From: an uncultured virus (IMG/VR IMGVR_UViG_3300025530_000290)
Lineage: Duplodnaviria; Heunggongvirae; Uroviricota; Caudoviricetes
IMG/VR virus record: IMGVR_UViG_3300025530_000290
Strand: one strand, 5' to 3'
Length of the DNA: 20,000 nucleotides
The notes beneath the pieces were generated by a model that was given only the letters and a program-made list of their open reading frames with translations, ran no database searches and had not been told where the DNA came from. This document shows, piece after piece, positions 1 through 9,281 of the stretch. A program made the position numbers and the translations under genes. The stretch's first letter is position 1, and the number at the start of each line of letters is the position of its first letter.

Positions 1-3000
1 CTTCCCCGCCGTCGCCGCCACCTGCACCAGCGTCGCCTGCAGCTCACCGGTCGCCTTGGCGACCGTCTCGCCGAGGTTCGTGGTGGCGACCACCAGCTTT
101 GAGGCCGCCTCGGTCTCCGCCTCCGCGACCTGCGTGATGCTCTGGGCCGTCGCCTCCGCCGCCTGGTCCCACGCCGCCGAGAGCGTCTGCGACGTGGACG
201 TCAACCCGGCCGAGGCGCGCTGCCACGCGTCACCGACCGCGCCGGTCAGCACCGTCGTGCCCTCGGCGAGCGCCTCCCGCAGCATCTCGCTCGACTTGAC
301 CAGCGTCGCCGAGATCGTGCCGGTGGACTGGGACACCGTGGCCGACACCTGCCGCACCGCCGCGGACGCGGCCGACCCCGAGCCTGTGGGCGGGATCACC
401 CCGCCCGCGGCCATGAACGCGGCCGCCTGCAGCGCCTCGAGATAGCCGCCGCCGGCGAGGCTGGACGCGGGGACCACGGCCTGGCCCATCGCCGCCGCTG
501 CCTGCCCCAGCACCCGCAGACTCCGCCGATCCCGCCGCAGCGGAATGAAAGCCTCCGGCCCTGCCTCACCGAACAGCACCGTCGGAGTGTCGGTGATGTG
601 AGCCCTCGGCCGTCTGATCCCGCCGCGCGCGTACCCGACGATCCCGCCGCGGGCGAACGCCTGCGGCGGGCGGCCGATCAGCTGCGCCGCACGCGCCGGC
701 ACCTCACGCACAAAAGCGCCCGTGTAGGGCGCCTCGATGATCGTCGTCGGCGACGAATACAGCCACACGTGCCCCGGGTGCGGGAACCCCAGGTCACCGG
801 GCGACGGGGACTGGACCGGTTTGACCCACGCCATCTGCTGCTGGCTCGTGCGCGGGATGTCCTTCACCCCGGCCGCCTGCCAGGCCCGCATCACTAGACC
901 CGAGCAGTCGAACGCGTCCGGGCCCGTGCCGCCCCACTGGTACGGCTTGCCGATCTGCGCACGCGCGTAGGCGATCGCCTTCCCCGCCCCGGCCGTCATC
1001 TCCTTCTCGCCGAGGAAGTTGATGACCTCGCTGATCATCTTGCGGGGGATGCCGACGAGCATACGGCCCCACGCGCTGTCCCCCATCGCCCGCTCCGCCG
1101 CATCCAGCAGCGGATTCAGCAGCTTCTCGGCACCGATCTTGATACCGCCCGCGAGGACCTTCTTCACATCGCCGACGATGCCGCCTTCGGCGAAAGCCCC
1201 CGCAAACCCGGACGGGTCGCCGGCGATACCGAGCGCGCGGGCCACACCGGCCACACCGCCCCGGCGCGCGGCCGCGTTCATCTTGTGGACGTATTCCTCG
1301 CCGACAACCTTCGTCCACTCGGGGCGCATGATCGCCTCACCGCCGGACACGGCGGCCAGCGCGACGTCCTTACCCGGGGTGTAGCCGGGCACCACGCCGC
1401 CGCGCGCGAACGCCAGCGTCGACAGCTTCGGCAGCTTCAGGAAATCGGCGACGGTGTTCCAGACCTTGACGATGCCGTTGTTGTAGACGACATCGACGAT
1501 GAACTTCACCGGGGCGCGGGCGGCTTCCTTGACCTTGTCCCAGGCGGTCCGGATGAGCTCGACACCCTTTTTGAAGCCGTCCGGGATGGTCTTGAAGATC
1601 ACCTCATACAGCTTGTCGAAGACAGGCTTGAGGAATTTTTCCCAGACCGTCGTGATCGTCGACTTGATGCCGTCCCAGGCCGGGACGATGATGTTCTTCC
1701 AGATCCAGGTGAACACCGGCCCCAGCGTGTTCTTGATGAAGTTCCAGATGGCCTGGAGCGCGGGCTTGATGACGTTCTCCCACGCGGCCTTGATGGCCGT
1801 CTGGATGCCCTGCCAGGCTGGGACGATGATGTTCTGCCAGATCCACGTGAAGACAGGGCCGAGCGTGTTCTTGATGAAATTCCAGATCGCTTGCAGCGCG
1901 GGCTTGATGAAGTTGTTCCACGCCGTCTGAATAGCGGTCTGGATGCCCTGCCAGGCTGGGACGATGATGTTCTGCCAGATCCATTCGAAGACCGGCCCCA
2001 GCGTGTCTTTGATAAACGACCACAAAGCCTCGAGGGCGGGCTTGATAAAGCCCTCCCACGCGGTCTTGATGGCCGTCTTAATGGCCTCCCACGCCGCCGT
2101 GACAATGTTCCGGAACGTTTCGGAGTTGTTCCAGGCGTAGACCAGCCCGGCGACCAGCAACCCAATCGCGGTGACGATCAGGCCGATCGGGTTGGCCTTG
2201 AGCGCGATGTTGAGGACCTTCTGCGCGGCGGCCCACGCCAGCGTCGCCCCGCGGATCACCGCCTGCGTCGCCGCAAACGCCAGCGTCCGGGCCCGCGCCA
2301 ACGCAGCCTGCGCGGCGATCTTGCCGTACTCGAGCGCGGCCCGGCCAAGCGACGCCGCCGCGCCGGCCGCAGCCCGCGCACCGTTCGCGATCGCCGTCCC
2401 GGCCGTGCGGGCCGCCGCGCCGGCGCGCTGCGCCGCCGTGCGGATCCCGTCCCACGCCGCGGTCGCGCCGCGCGCAGCGACCGACCCGGCGGTACGCGCC
2501 GCGTTCGCGATCGCCGACCCCGCCGACCGGGCCACCTGCGCGGCCTTCGACGCCGCGGTCTGGATCCCCGACCACACCGCGGCCGCACCCTTGCCGATCC
2601 CCCGGGCCGCGGCAGCAATACCGCGGGCGGCCAGGCTGACCCCCTTGGCCGCCAGCGACGCCGCCTTCGACAGCCCCGACCAGACCGTCTGAGCGATCTG
2701 AATCGCCCGGCGCACACCGTCGACCGTGGTCTTGATGATCTTCCACGTTTTGAACGCGGCGACCACGCCGAGCACGGCGAGGGTGAACGCCCGCAGCGTC
2801 TCCGGCGACAAACTGGCCAGCCAGCCCGTAATGCTCTTGACGATGTCGAGCGCGGTCGCGCCGTCCCCAGCCAGCCCCGACAGCAGATTCGTCAGGACCG
2901 TCCAAATGTCCTTGAAGATCCCGATGACCGTCGGGGCGGTCTGCCGGACATAGTCCATGAAGGCCTTGAAACCCTCGGACTTCCCGAGATCCTGGCCCCA

Positions 3001-5073
3001 CTTAGCGAAAGCCGCGGTCGCCTGCTCCAGCCCGCCGACGAACGTCGGCACAAACGGCAGAAACGCCCGGATGAGCCCGGCGATACCGGTCGTGATGTTC
3101 CCTATGCTCTTGCCGAGCCCGGTCACAGCGTCGGGCGCCTGGGCGGACAGGTCCCGGAAAAACCCCTGCCAAAAGTCACCGCCGAGCGCACGCCCCGCAC
3201 TCTTCTCGAGCTCGACGAGCGCGCCGGCCGTGCCCTGCACCAGCGGCGTCAACGGCTTGAACGCCTTCTGCAGCAGACCCAGCGCACCGGTGATCGCCGG
3301 CAGCACGCTCGGCGCCAGCGCCTTCTGGAAATCCTCGTAGGCGTCCTTGAACGCCTTGATCTGCTCGGCGGCCGCGCGCTCCGCCGGCGTCAAGGCGCGG
3401 GTCTTCTCCGTCGCCTTCGCCTGAGCGGCAGCCGCCGCCTGCGCGGCACGCGCGGCCGCCGCGGCCTGCGCCTTGGCCTGCTCCCGCTCCCGGATCTTCT
3501 GGATCTTCTCCTGAAGCTTTTGGATCTGCTGCTGCCGCTTCAGCGCCTCGAGCGCACGCTTGGCGTCGTCAACGCGTTCCTCGGCCTGCCGGACCGCCTT
3601 CCGCGCCTCCGCCACACGACGGGCGGCCTCCTCACCCGCCTTCCCGGCGTCCTCGTACGCCTTCGCAAGCGCCTTCTCCTGGTCGAGCACCCGCTGGCTG
3701 GCCTGCTCGAGCCGCTCCTTGGCGGCGACAACGGCGTCCTGGCCCTCAACCCCCTTGGCCTGCTGCTCCTGCAGCTCCTGCTCCTGGACCTGCAGCTCCT
3801 CGATCCGCAATTTGATCCGCTCGTAGGCGATCTCGGCCCGCTCGATCGCCTCCGGGTCGCCCTTCTCGCGGGCCTTGGCCAGCTCCGCCTCGGCCTCCCG
3901 CAGGTCCAACGCCGCTTCACGCTGATCGAGCGCGTTGCCGCGGAGACTGCGCCCCAGGTCGGCGAGGGTTTTGATCGCCTGCTGCCTGGCCCTGTTCAAG
4001 TCCTCTTGAGCGCGGATCGCTGCCTTCTGCGCGTCCGCCAGCGCACGCTCGGCCTGCGCCACCCGCTGCGCGGCCGCGGCCTGCGCCTGCGCCGCCGACT
4101 GGGCCGCCTGCTTGAGCCTGTCTTTCGCCGCGGCAACCCCGGCAACGGCGTCTTTGACCCGGTCTTGGGCGTTCCGTAGCTGGTCGGCGGCGTTGGCGGC
4201 CTGCAGCTGCCGGATCTGCGCCTGCAGCGACTCAATCGCCAGATTCCGGGTCGCACCAGCGGCAGCAGTCAGCCCGGACGCGGCCCGCTGCCCGGCCTTC
4301 TCCTGCTCCTCCAGCGCCTCATTGATCCGGCCAATGCTGGGGATCGCCACCGCCGCAAGCCCCGCGAACCCGGCGCCGGCGGCGGCGAGCGGGCCGAGCA
4401 TCCCGGCGATCCCCGCCGTCAGCGACGCACCGACCGGGATCGCCGCCAAACCGGCCAGCGCCATCGACAGCGTCCCGATCGCCGCCAGCGCGCCGGAGAT
4501 GTCCACATCCACGCGGACGTGCGCCGTCCGGCCATCCAACCCGGACAGCGCCGTCTCCGCCGCGGCGAGCTGCGCAAGCGCCTGGCCGATGTCCGCACGG
4601 ACATCAACGGACGCGTCCTTGCCGTCGAGCTGCTCCAGCTCGCGCCGGATCGCCGCCACCTCGGCCAGCGCGGCCCCGGCATCGATGTCGATGCCGACCG
4701 TCTTGCCGGAGAGGGTCTCGATCCGGGCACGAAGCTCCTGGACCTTGCGCTGCGCCTCGCTCGCGTCGGCGTCGAGCTCGATCTTCGGCAGCGAACGGAA
4801 CGCCGCCTCAAGCTGGGCTTTCACCCCGCGGGCGAACGCGCCACCGACCTGCGCACCGTCCTGCCCCGCACGCGCCTGCTCCCGCCGAGCCGCCTCACGC
4901 AGCGGCGCATACACATCCCCCAGCTGCGCCTGCACACCCCGGGCGATCTGCGCACCGACCTCCCGGCCGATCTGCTCCGCACCGGGAACCAGGCTCTTGC
5001 GCAGCTCCCGGTGGAAACCCCGCGCGTCCGGGACGACGGGGACGACGACCTCACCGGCGACGAACTGGGCCAC
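1..5073 (-). CDS. Tape measure protein (partial, continues beyond left edge) with an internal NlpC/P60 peptidoglycan endopeptidase domain
   Basis: GTG at 5073 (MAQFVAGEVVVPVVP) follows the RBS AAAGGGGGTGAG. The ORF track lists no terminated ORF in this frame and spot translations stay in frame to base 1. It has Ala-rich coiled-coil segments, Trp-periodic 46-aa repeats (~1650-2110), several FARGG-type motifs, and the NlpC/P60 signature IGKPYQWGGTGPDAFDCSGL...PGHV (~715-990). It directly follows the tail chaperones. Confidence 0.93.
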   Translation of the reverse strand, partial: MAQFVAGEVVVPVVPDARGFHRELRKSLVPGAEQIGREVGAQIARGVQAQLGDVYAPLREAARREQARAGQDGAQVGGAFARGVKAQLEAAFRSLPKIELDADASEAQRKVQELRARIETLSGKTVGIDIDAGAALAEVAAIRRELEQLDGKDASVDVRADIGQALAQLAAAETALSGLDGRTAHVRVDVDISGALAAIGTLSMALAGLAAIPVGASLTAGIAGMLGPLAAAGAGFAGLAAVAIPSIGRINEALEEQEKAGQRAASGLTAAAGATRNLAIESLQAQIRQLQAANAADQLRNAQDRVKDAVAGVAAAKDRLKQAAQSAAQAQAAAAQRVAQAERALADAQKAAIRAQEDLNRARQQAIKTLADLGRSLRGNALDQREAALDLREAEAELAKAREKGDPEAIERAEIAYERIKLRIEELQVQEQELQEQQAKGVEGQDAVVAAKERLEQASQRVLDQEKALAKAYEDAGKAGEEAARRVAEARKAVRQAEERVDDAKRALEALKRQQQIQKLQEKIQKIREREQAKAQAAAAARAAQAAAAAQAKATEKTRALTPAERAAAEQIKAFKDAYEDFQKALAPSVLPAITGALGLLQKAFKPLTPLVQGTAGALVELEKSAGRALGGDFWQGFFRDLSAQAPDAVTGLGKSIGNITTGIAGLIRAFLPFVPTFVGGLEQATAAFAKWGQDLGKSEGFKAFMDYVRQTAPTVIGIFKDIWTVLTNLLSGLAGDGATALDIVKSITGWLASLSPETLRAFTLAVLGVVAAFKTWKIIKTTVDGVRRAIQIAQTVWSGLSKAASLAAKGVSLAARGIAAAARGIGKGAAAVWSGIQTAASKAAQVARSAGSAIANAARTAGSVAARGATAAWDGIRTAAQRAGAAARTAGTAIANGARAAAGAAASLGRAALEYGKIAAQAALARARTLAFAATQAVIRGATLAWAAAQKVLNIALKANPIGLIVTAIGLLVAGLVYAWNNSETFRNIVTAAWEAIKTAIKTAWEGFIKPALEALWSFIKDTLGPVFEWIWQNIIVPAWQGIQTAIQTAWNNFIKPALQAIWNFIKNTLGPVFTWIWQNIIVPAWQGIQTAIKAAWENVIKPALQAIWNFIKNTLGPVFTWIWKNIIVPAWDGIKSTITTVWEKFLKPVFDKLYEVIFKTIPDGFKKGVELIRTAWDKVKEAARAPVKFIVDVVYNNGIVKVWNTVADFLKLPKLSTLAFARGGVVPGYTPGKDVALAAVSGGEAIMRPEWTKVVGEEYVHKMNAAARRGGVAGVARALGIAGDPSGFAGAFAEGGIVGDVKKVLAGGIKIGAEKLLNPLLDAAERAMGDSAWGRMLVGIPRKMISEVINFLGEKEMTAGAGKAIAYARAQIGKPYQWGGTGPDAFDCSGLVMRAWQAAGVKDIPRTSQQQMAWVKPVQSPSPGDLGFPHPGHVWLYSSPTTIIEAPYTGAFVREVPARAAQLIGRPPQAFARGGIVGYARGGIRRPRAHITDTPTVLFGEAGPEAFIPLRRDRRSLRVLGQAAAAMGQAVVPASSLAGGGYLEALQAAAFMAAGGVIPPTGSGSAASAAVRQVSATVSQSTGTISATLVKSSEMLREALAEGTTVLTGAVGDAWQRASAGLTSTSQTLSAAWDQAAEATAQSITQVAEAETEAASKLVVATTNLGETVAKATGELQATLVQVAATAGK
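1660..2075 (-). repeat. About 3 degenerate tandem 138-bp (46-aa) repeats within the tape measure gene
   Basis: Plus-strand variants of ccggccccagcgtgttcttgatgaa start at 1716, 1854 and 1992, a spacing of exactly 138 bp. Confidence 0.85.
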
Positions 5074-5117
5074 CGGCTCACCCCCTTTCGCAAGGTGAGC
5101 CGGGGCCACCCCGGCGA

Positions 5118-5950
5118 CTACCGGACAGGACGAGTAACCAGACCAGGCGGGGACTGCACCCACATGCCGCGGCCAAGCGGCACCCGCTCCCCGCGGATCC
5201 GCGCCAGCACCAGAGCCGTCTGCTCAGGAGTCAGCTGCCGGCGCTTCTTGCGCTTCTTGGAGGGCACACCCGGCCGCGGGATCGGCTCCGGCGCCTTGAC
5301 CTTGACGCCGTTGACCCGCTGCAGCACGAACGTGTTGGTGCGCACCGCGTCGATCAGCGACGCGATCAGCATCTCCGTGTGTGACCACTGACCCTGCGAC
5401 GGGTCGGCCTCCTCGGCGAGCCGTTTGATCTCGGCGTCGCTCATCGCGTTCCGCAGCTCGGTCTTGACCGCGGACTCCGGCGGCAGATGCCGGATCAAAT
5501 TGCCGAGCAGCCGCCACGTCAGCGCCGAGCGGCCGCCGCCTGGGCGCCACAGATCCCGCACATCCAGCTGGTAGTAGCGCCACAGGTCGGCCTCGACCGC
5601 GTCATAGTGCTCGCCGAGCAGGCGGGCCAGGCCGGCTATTCCCCCCGGCCGACCCCCTGGTAGTGGCGGGTGGCGGCCTCGATCAGCGCGTTGATGTCAG
5701 CGCTGCTGATGCCGCGGATCTTGGCGAACTCCTCGTAATCGTCGCCGAGGAGCTCGCGCATGAACTCGCGCAGGTCACCCTCGCCCCTGCCGAGCGCCGC
5801 GGTGACCTGCCAGTCGGCCTCGGTCGGGTCCCTCATCGTGAAAATCTTGCCGTCCACATCGAACGTGAACGGCTCCTTCTTGGCCTCCTGCGCACGCCGG
5901 CGAAGCGAGAACAGGCTGACCGGCTCCTGGGCGATCTTGTTGGTAGTCAT
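5118..5950 (-). CDS. Tail assembly chaperone, long form (gpGT-like) made by programmed -1 frameshift
   Basis: A slippery G GGG GAA (5645-5639) lies just before the TAG of the short form. The -1 frame reads IAGLARLLGEHYDAVEADLWRYYQLDVRDLW and is continuous with ORF 5118..5561. This is the classical position upstream of the tape measure gene. Confidence 0.85.
5636..5950 (-). CDS. Tail assembly chaperone, short form (gpG-like), 104 aa
   Basis: ATG at 5950 (MTTNKIAQ) overlaps the tail tube stop as TGATG. It lies between the tail tube and tape measure genes. Confidence 0.87.
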   Translation of the reverse strand: MTTNKIAQEPVSLFSLRRRAQEAKKEPFTFDVDGKIFTMRDPTEADWQVTAALGRGEGDLREFMRELLGDDYEEFAKIRGISSADINALIEAATRHYQGVGRGE

Positions 5951-6534
5951 CAGGACAGGTGATCCTCCACCTGAGGCGCAAAGTAGCTGTGGTAGACCAG
6001 GTTCCCGGCCGAGTCGGGGTAGGTGGAGATCGTCCACTCGTACCCGACCATCTCACCCTGCTGGTAGGTCACCTCGCCACGCTCGGTGATCTCACCCTCG
6101 GGGATGTAGAAACGCTCCCACACCTGGCCGTCATACACGTCGATCAGCCAGCTGCGGCGGTCCGGCTCCGCCGTGCCGGACTCGGCGTACCGGACGATCC
6201 CGTCCAGATCCGGCTGCAGGTCATCCACCTCGAGCCGGTTCTGCAGGGCCCGCACGATCGGGCGATTGATCTCCCACGCCGTGAAGCTGAAAGTCCGCAC
6301 CGAGCTCGTCACAACCGTGCGGAAAGGCGAGGTCAGACCCCACGGAGTGAACTGCTCGGTGTCCTCCTCAACACCATTCGTCAGACCATCAGTGGAGATC
6401 GCGCCGATGGCCAGCCACGGCGCAGGCGGCTGCTCCTCGGGGTCCGACGGCTGCGCCGTACCCAGCGGCGCCACCCAGACACCGCCGTTGGTGCCGACCA
6501 CCGCGAGCTTGGCGTCCCGGTAGATAGTGGGCAT
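5950..6534 (-). CDS. Major tail (tube) protein, 194 aa
   Basis: ATG at 6534 (MPTIYRDAK) follows RBS GAGGAG. Actinophage tail-tube motifs GGVWVAPLGT, GAISTDG, TPWG and GYEWTISTYPD are present, and synteny fits. Confidence 0.92.
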   Translation of the reverse strand: MPTIYRDAKLAVVGTNGGVWVAPLGTAQPSDPEEQPPAPWLAIGAISTDGLTNGVEEDTEQFTPWGLTSPFRTVVTSSVRTFSFTAWEINRPIVRALQNRLEVDDLQPDLDGIVRYAESGTAEPDRRSWLIDVYDGQVWERFYIPEGEITERGEVTYQQGEMVGYEWTISTYPDSAGNLVYHSYFAPQVEDHLS

Positions 6535-6561
6535 GATGTGCTCCTCACATGCTGGGGCAGC

Positions 6562-6594
6562 AAAAAGCCCCCGCGACCGGCGGCCCCGGGGGGC
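6562..6594 (-). terminator. Intrinsic terminator-like hairpin upstream of the tail tube gene
   Basis: The minus strand reads GCCCCCCGGGGCCGCCGGTCGCGGGGGC followed by TTTTT, in an intergenic region. Confidence 0.6.
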
Positions 6595-6613
6595 GAACAG
6601 GAAAAAAGTGCTG

Positions 6614-6997
6614 CTAGACGGGGTGCACCACCAGGCTGTAGCTCGCCTCGTAGCGGCGCAGAGCCGGGTTGTCGTACGGCACCCGGTGCGGCCGCACCGA
6701 CGTGCGCACCCGGTTGACCGACACCCCGTCGTAGACCGATTCGGCCAGCTGCTCATGCAGCAGCCAGTGGATCCGGCCGGCCCAGTCGGCCGCCTCCACC
6801 GTCGTGGCCGCGAATACGCTGATGTCCACGCTGGGCTCATCCCGGCGGTACCCGTCATGGTCGCCGCCTGTGCCGGTCACCTGCACAAACGGCACCCGCG
6901 ACTCCAGATCCGCCGGTGTCTCCGTGCTCGCCGGCAGCCTGACCACATCCGTGACCCAGGCCACCATCAGCGCCTCAATATCAACCACGACGCTCAT
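6614..6997 (-). CDS. Tail terminator / tail completion protein, 127 aa
   Basis: ATG at 6997 (MSVVVDIEALMVAW) overlaps the upstream stop as ATGA. It contains PFVQVTGTGG and PYDNPALRRY motifs and lies just before the tail tube gene. Confidence 0.85.
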   Translation of the reverse strand: MSVVVDIEALMVAWVTDVVRLPASTETPADLESRVPFVQVTGTGGDHDGYRRDEPSVDISVFAATTVEAADWAGRIHWLLHEQLAESVYDGVSVNRVRTSVRPHRVPYDNPALRRYEASYSLVVHPV

Positions 6998-7311
6998 AGG
7001 GCACTCTCCGCGGCCCGGCCCATCACCCTGTAGCGGGGCGTACGGCTCGTGCCCCACTCCACATACGGCGCCGCCACATCGTCGTTGATCACCAAGGCCA
7101 CGGCGCGCGGCCGCGGACCCTCCCGCACACCGACCTCGACACGGAACGACCGGGCGTACTCGCCGGTGTCCACCGGCGCCAGCTCGCGGGCGCGGCGCGC
7201 GACCCGCTCGGCACGCTGCCGCATCTCCTCCTGCATCTGCCGGGAGGCCAGGACACGGCCAAAACCGCGGATGTCCGGCCGATACCGTGCACGAGCCGCC
7301 GCCACCGCCAT
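6994..7311 (-). CDS. HK97 gp10-like neck protein, 105 aa
   Basis: ATG at 7311 follows GGAGGGG. It contains the APVDTG and APYVEWGT motifs typical of the family. Confidence 0.85.
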   Translation of the reverse strand: MAVAAARARYRPDIRGFGRVLASRQMQEEMRQRAERVARRARELAPVDTGEYARSFRVEVGVREGPRPRAVALVINDDVAAPYVEWGTSRTPRYRVMGRAAESAL

Positions 7312-7335
7312 CCCCTCCCTCAAGGACGCGCTGCG

Positions 7336-7662
7336 CTAGCCGGTGACCTTCACCCCGCGGGCCAGCACACCGGCCCGCCACCCGGTAAACGGCGAGCTCC
7401 ACTGCTCCGGTGTGCCGTCCACCTCATACAGCTCGCCGCGGACCCGCATCCGCGACACCGCCGAGAGATCCGTCCCATACGGGAACGAGACGTTGATCCG
7501 GTCGGTGACCGTGTCCCGCGCCTCGGTCTGCTCGCTGCTCCCGCTCGGCCAGACGATGCAGCCCGCCACGTCCCGCTCAGCCCACGTCCAGATCTCGTTG
7601 CCGTGGGCGTCGCGCCCGGCCGGCGAGCGGGTCAGCACCGTCACGGTCTCACCCCTGGTCAT
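7336..7662 (-). CDS. Head-to-tail stopper / head closure protein, 108 aa
   Basis: It shows the GETVTV...D.HGN...RVRGELYEVDG.P..W.SPFTG pattern, overlaps the glycosyltransferase 2 stop as ATGA, and fits by synteny. Confidence 0.85.
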   Translation of the reverse strand: MTRGETVTVLTRSPAGRDAHGNEIWTWAERDVAGCIVWPSGSSEQTEARDTVTDRINVSFPYGTDLSAVSRMRVRGELYEVDGTPEQWSSPFTGWRAGVLARGVKVTG

Positions 7663-8648
7663 CGCCGGCCCAGCCTCTCGACCGCCTCAACCCACCGCGC
7701 CAGGTCCGCGGCAGGGTCGAGCTGACGCACCCGGGCCTTAGCCTGCTTCGACGCGGCCTGCCACGCCTCCGCGTCGTCGAGCGCGGTGAGCGCCGCCACC
7801 CAGCCGTCCAGGTCATCACGCTCGACGAAAATCCCGGCCTCACCGAGGGACTCGCACAGGCCCGGGGTGGGGGTGGCCACGACCGGGATACCGGAGGCCA
7901 TCGCCTCCACCCCGACCCGACCCCACGACTCATACTCGCTCGGCATGATCAGCACACGGGTGCGCGCATACACCCGCTCGGCCATCTGCGCCGGCGGCAC
8001 ATGCTCGACCACCTCAACATTCGGCGCCTGCCCGACGATCTGCTCACCGTAGGCGCCCTTGACGGCGAGGAACCGGTGGTTCGGCATGCGCTCGGCGAGC
8101 CGCCACAGCACATCCCCGCCCTTGGGCTTGTGCAGGTTGACCAGCGTGATGTGGTCGCCGGGGGTGGTGCGGTAGTCGGCTGCGCGCACCGGCGGCCGGA
8201 CCACCACACTCGCCAGCGGACGCGCGGCCTTAGGGTTCTCCGCGAACCATCGCTCGGCTTCCGCCGCCATCCACTGGCTGTTGTAGACCGCCAGCGCGGT
8301 CGTGCCAGACCCGACCGCGGAGAAGGTGGCGGGGAAAGTGTTGTGGCACAACACCACCAGCGGGCGGCCCCAGCCGCGCGCGGCCGCCGCCGCTGCCCGC
8401 ACGTTCTCCAGATGCGAGACCACCACATCGCTATCCCGCGCCAAGCGCAGGAAATCCTGCCGCGCCTTGACCGGGATCACCTCGACCCCGTCCACCCGGT
8501 ACGGCTCGCGCCGCCCGTTGTGCTGGGACAGCCACACCCGCACCTGGTGGCCACGCGCCACCAGCTCACGCAGGAGCGTGTGCGCCATCACCTCCGCCCC
8601 GCCGCCGTGCTCCGGCACGTAGGCGTGGAACCGCGCCAAAACCCGCAT
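7659..8648 (-). CDS. Glycosyltransferase 2, GT-B fold, GT4-like (329 aa)
   Basis: N-terminal HAYVPEHGGGAE, central PKGG, and the E-x7-E donor-binding motif PSEYESWGRVGVEAMASGIPVVA. The ATG abuts the adaptor stop codon. Confidence 0.92.
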   Translation of the reverse strand: MRVLARFHAYVPEHGGGAEVMAHTLLRELVARGHQVRVWLSQHNGRREPYRVDGVEVIPVKARQDFLRLARDSDVVVSHLENVRAAAAAARGWGRPLVVLCHNTFPATFSAVGSGTTALAVYNSQWMAAEAERWFAENPKAARPLASVVVRPPVRAADYRTTPGDHITLVNLHKPKGGDVLWRLAERMPNHRFLAVKGAYGEQIVGQAPNVEVVEHVPPAQMAERVYARTRVLIMPSEYESWGRVGVEAMASGIPVVATPTPGLCESLGEAGIFVERDDLDGWVAALTALDDAEAWQAASKQAKARVRQLDPAADLARWVEAVERLGRR

Positions 8649-9266
8649 CTAGATCCTCACTGTGATCGTGCCGGTGGTCGTCCGGTACCGGTCCAGCACC
8701 CGCCGCTCGGCATCCGTCAACGTCACCGCCAGCCCCTGACCGGGCGTCTCCGACCGGTAGCTGTAGGGGCCCACCGTCTCGCTCGTCACCCCGCCGACCA
8801 TCGCCGGGGAGGTCAGCGTGCGCAGCGTCATCTGGCACGCCACCGCCACCACATCCGGCGGCACCTGCGCATACCCGTGCGTGTAGGTCACCCGGTAGGT
8901 GCCGGGGAAGCCGTCATCGTCCCACCAGATCTCCGGCAGGTTGATGATCCAATTGCCCTCGCCGAGCCGGATCTGGTCGATCCCGTCGAACAGCCAGTCG
9001 GCGAGCGTGATGTCGGGGGCGCCGCTGACGCCGATCGCCTCCACCCGCTTGACCTCGATCACGGGCCGCTGCGGCAGCCGGAGCGTCCCCCCGGTCGCGC
9101 GCAGCACCACCGTGTCATCCACAGCCTGGGTGAAATCGCGGCCGGTATAGCCCCGGATCAGCGCAGAGGCGTCCGCCAGCAGCGCGCACACCCGCACCCG
9201 CTCATCGTCGGTCAGGTCCCGGCCGAGCCGCGCGACCAGGTCGGCCTCAGTCGCCAGACTCTCCAC
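8649..9266 (-). CDS. Head-to-tail adaptor (connector) protein, 205 aa
   Basis: Motifs LATEADLVARLGR...LLADASALIR, YRVTYTHGY..VP.DV and SETVGPYSY. GTG start follows GGGGGG. Confidence 0.87.
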   Translation of the reverse strand: MESLATEADLVARLGRDLTDDERVRVCALLADASALIRGYTGRDFTQAVDDTVVLRATGGTLRLPQRPVIEVKRVEAIGVSGAPDITLADWLFDGIDQIRLGEGNWIINLPEIWWDDDGFPGTYRVTYTHGYAQVPPDVVAVACQMTLRTLTSPAMVGGVTSETVGPYSYRSETPGQGLAVTLTDAERRVLDRYRTTTGTITVRI

Positions 9267-9281
9267 CGGACACCCCCCCTT

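Noticed and set aside
1285..4179. 964-aa plus-strand ORF, and other long plus-strand ORFs (8001..10175, 13982..15358, 15208..17307, 18143..19186)
   Set aside because: These are antisense shadows of real minus-strand genes, caused by stop-codon scarcity in high-GC DNA. They have biased, low-complexity composition and no recognisable motifs.
5950..7402. Long N-terminal extensions given by the ORF track (tail tube from 6858, tail terminator from 7402; likewise portal, terL, terS, scaffold and tnpB)
   Set aside because: The extensions overlap upstream genes. Downstream starts have proper RBS or promoter signals, stop-start coupling, or a family-typical N-terminus.
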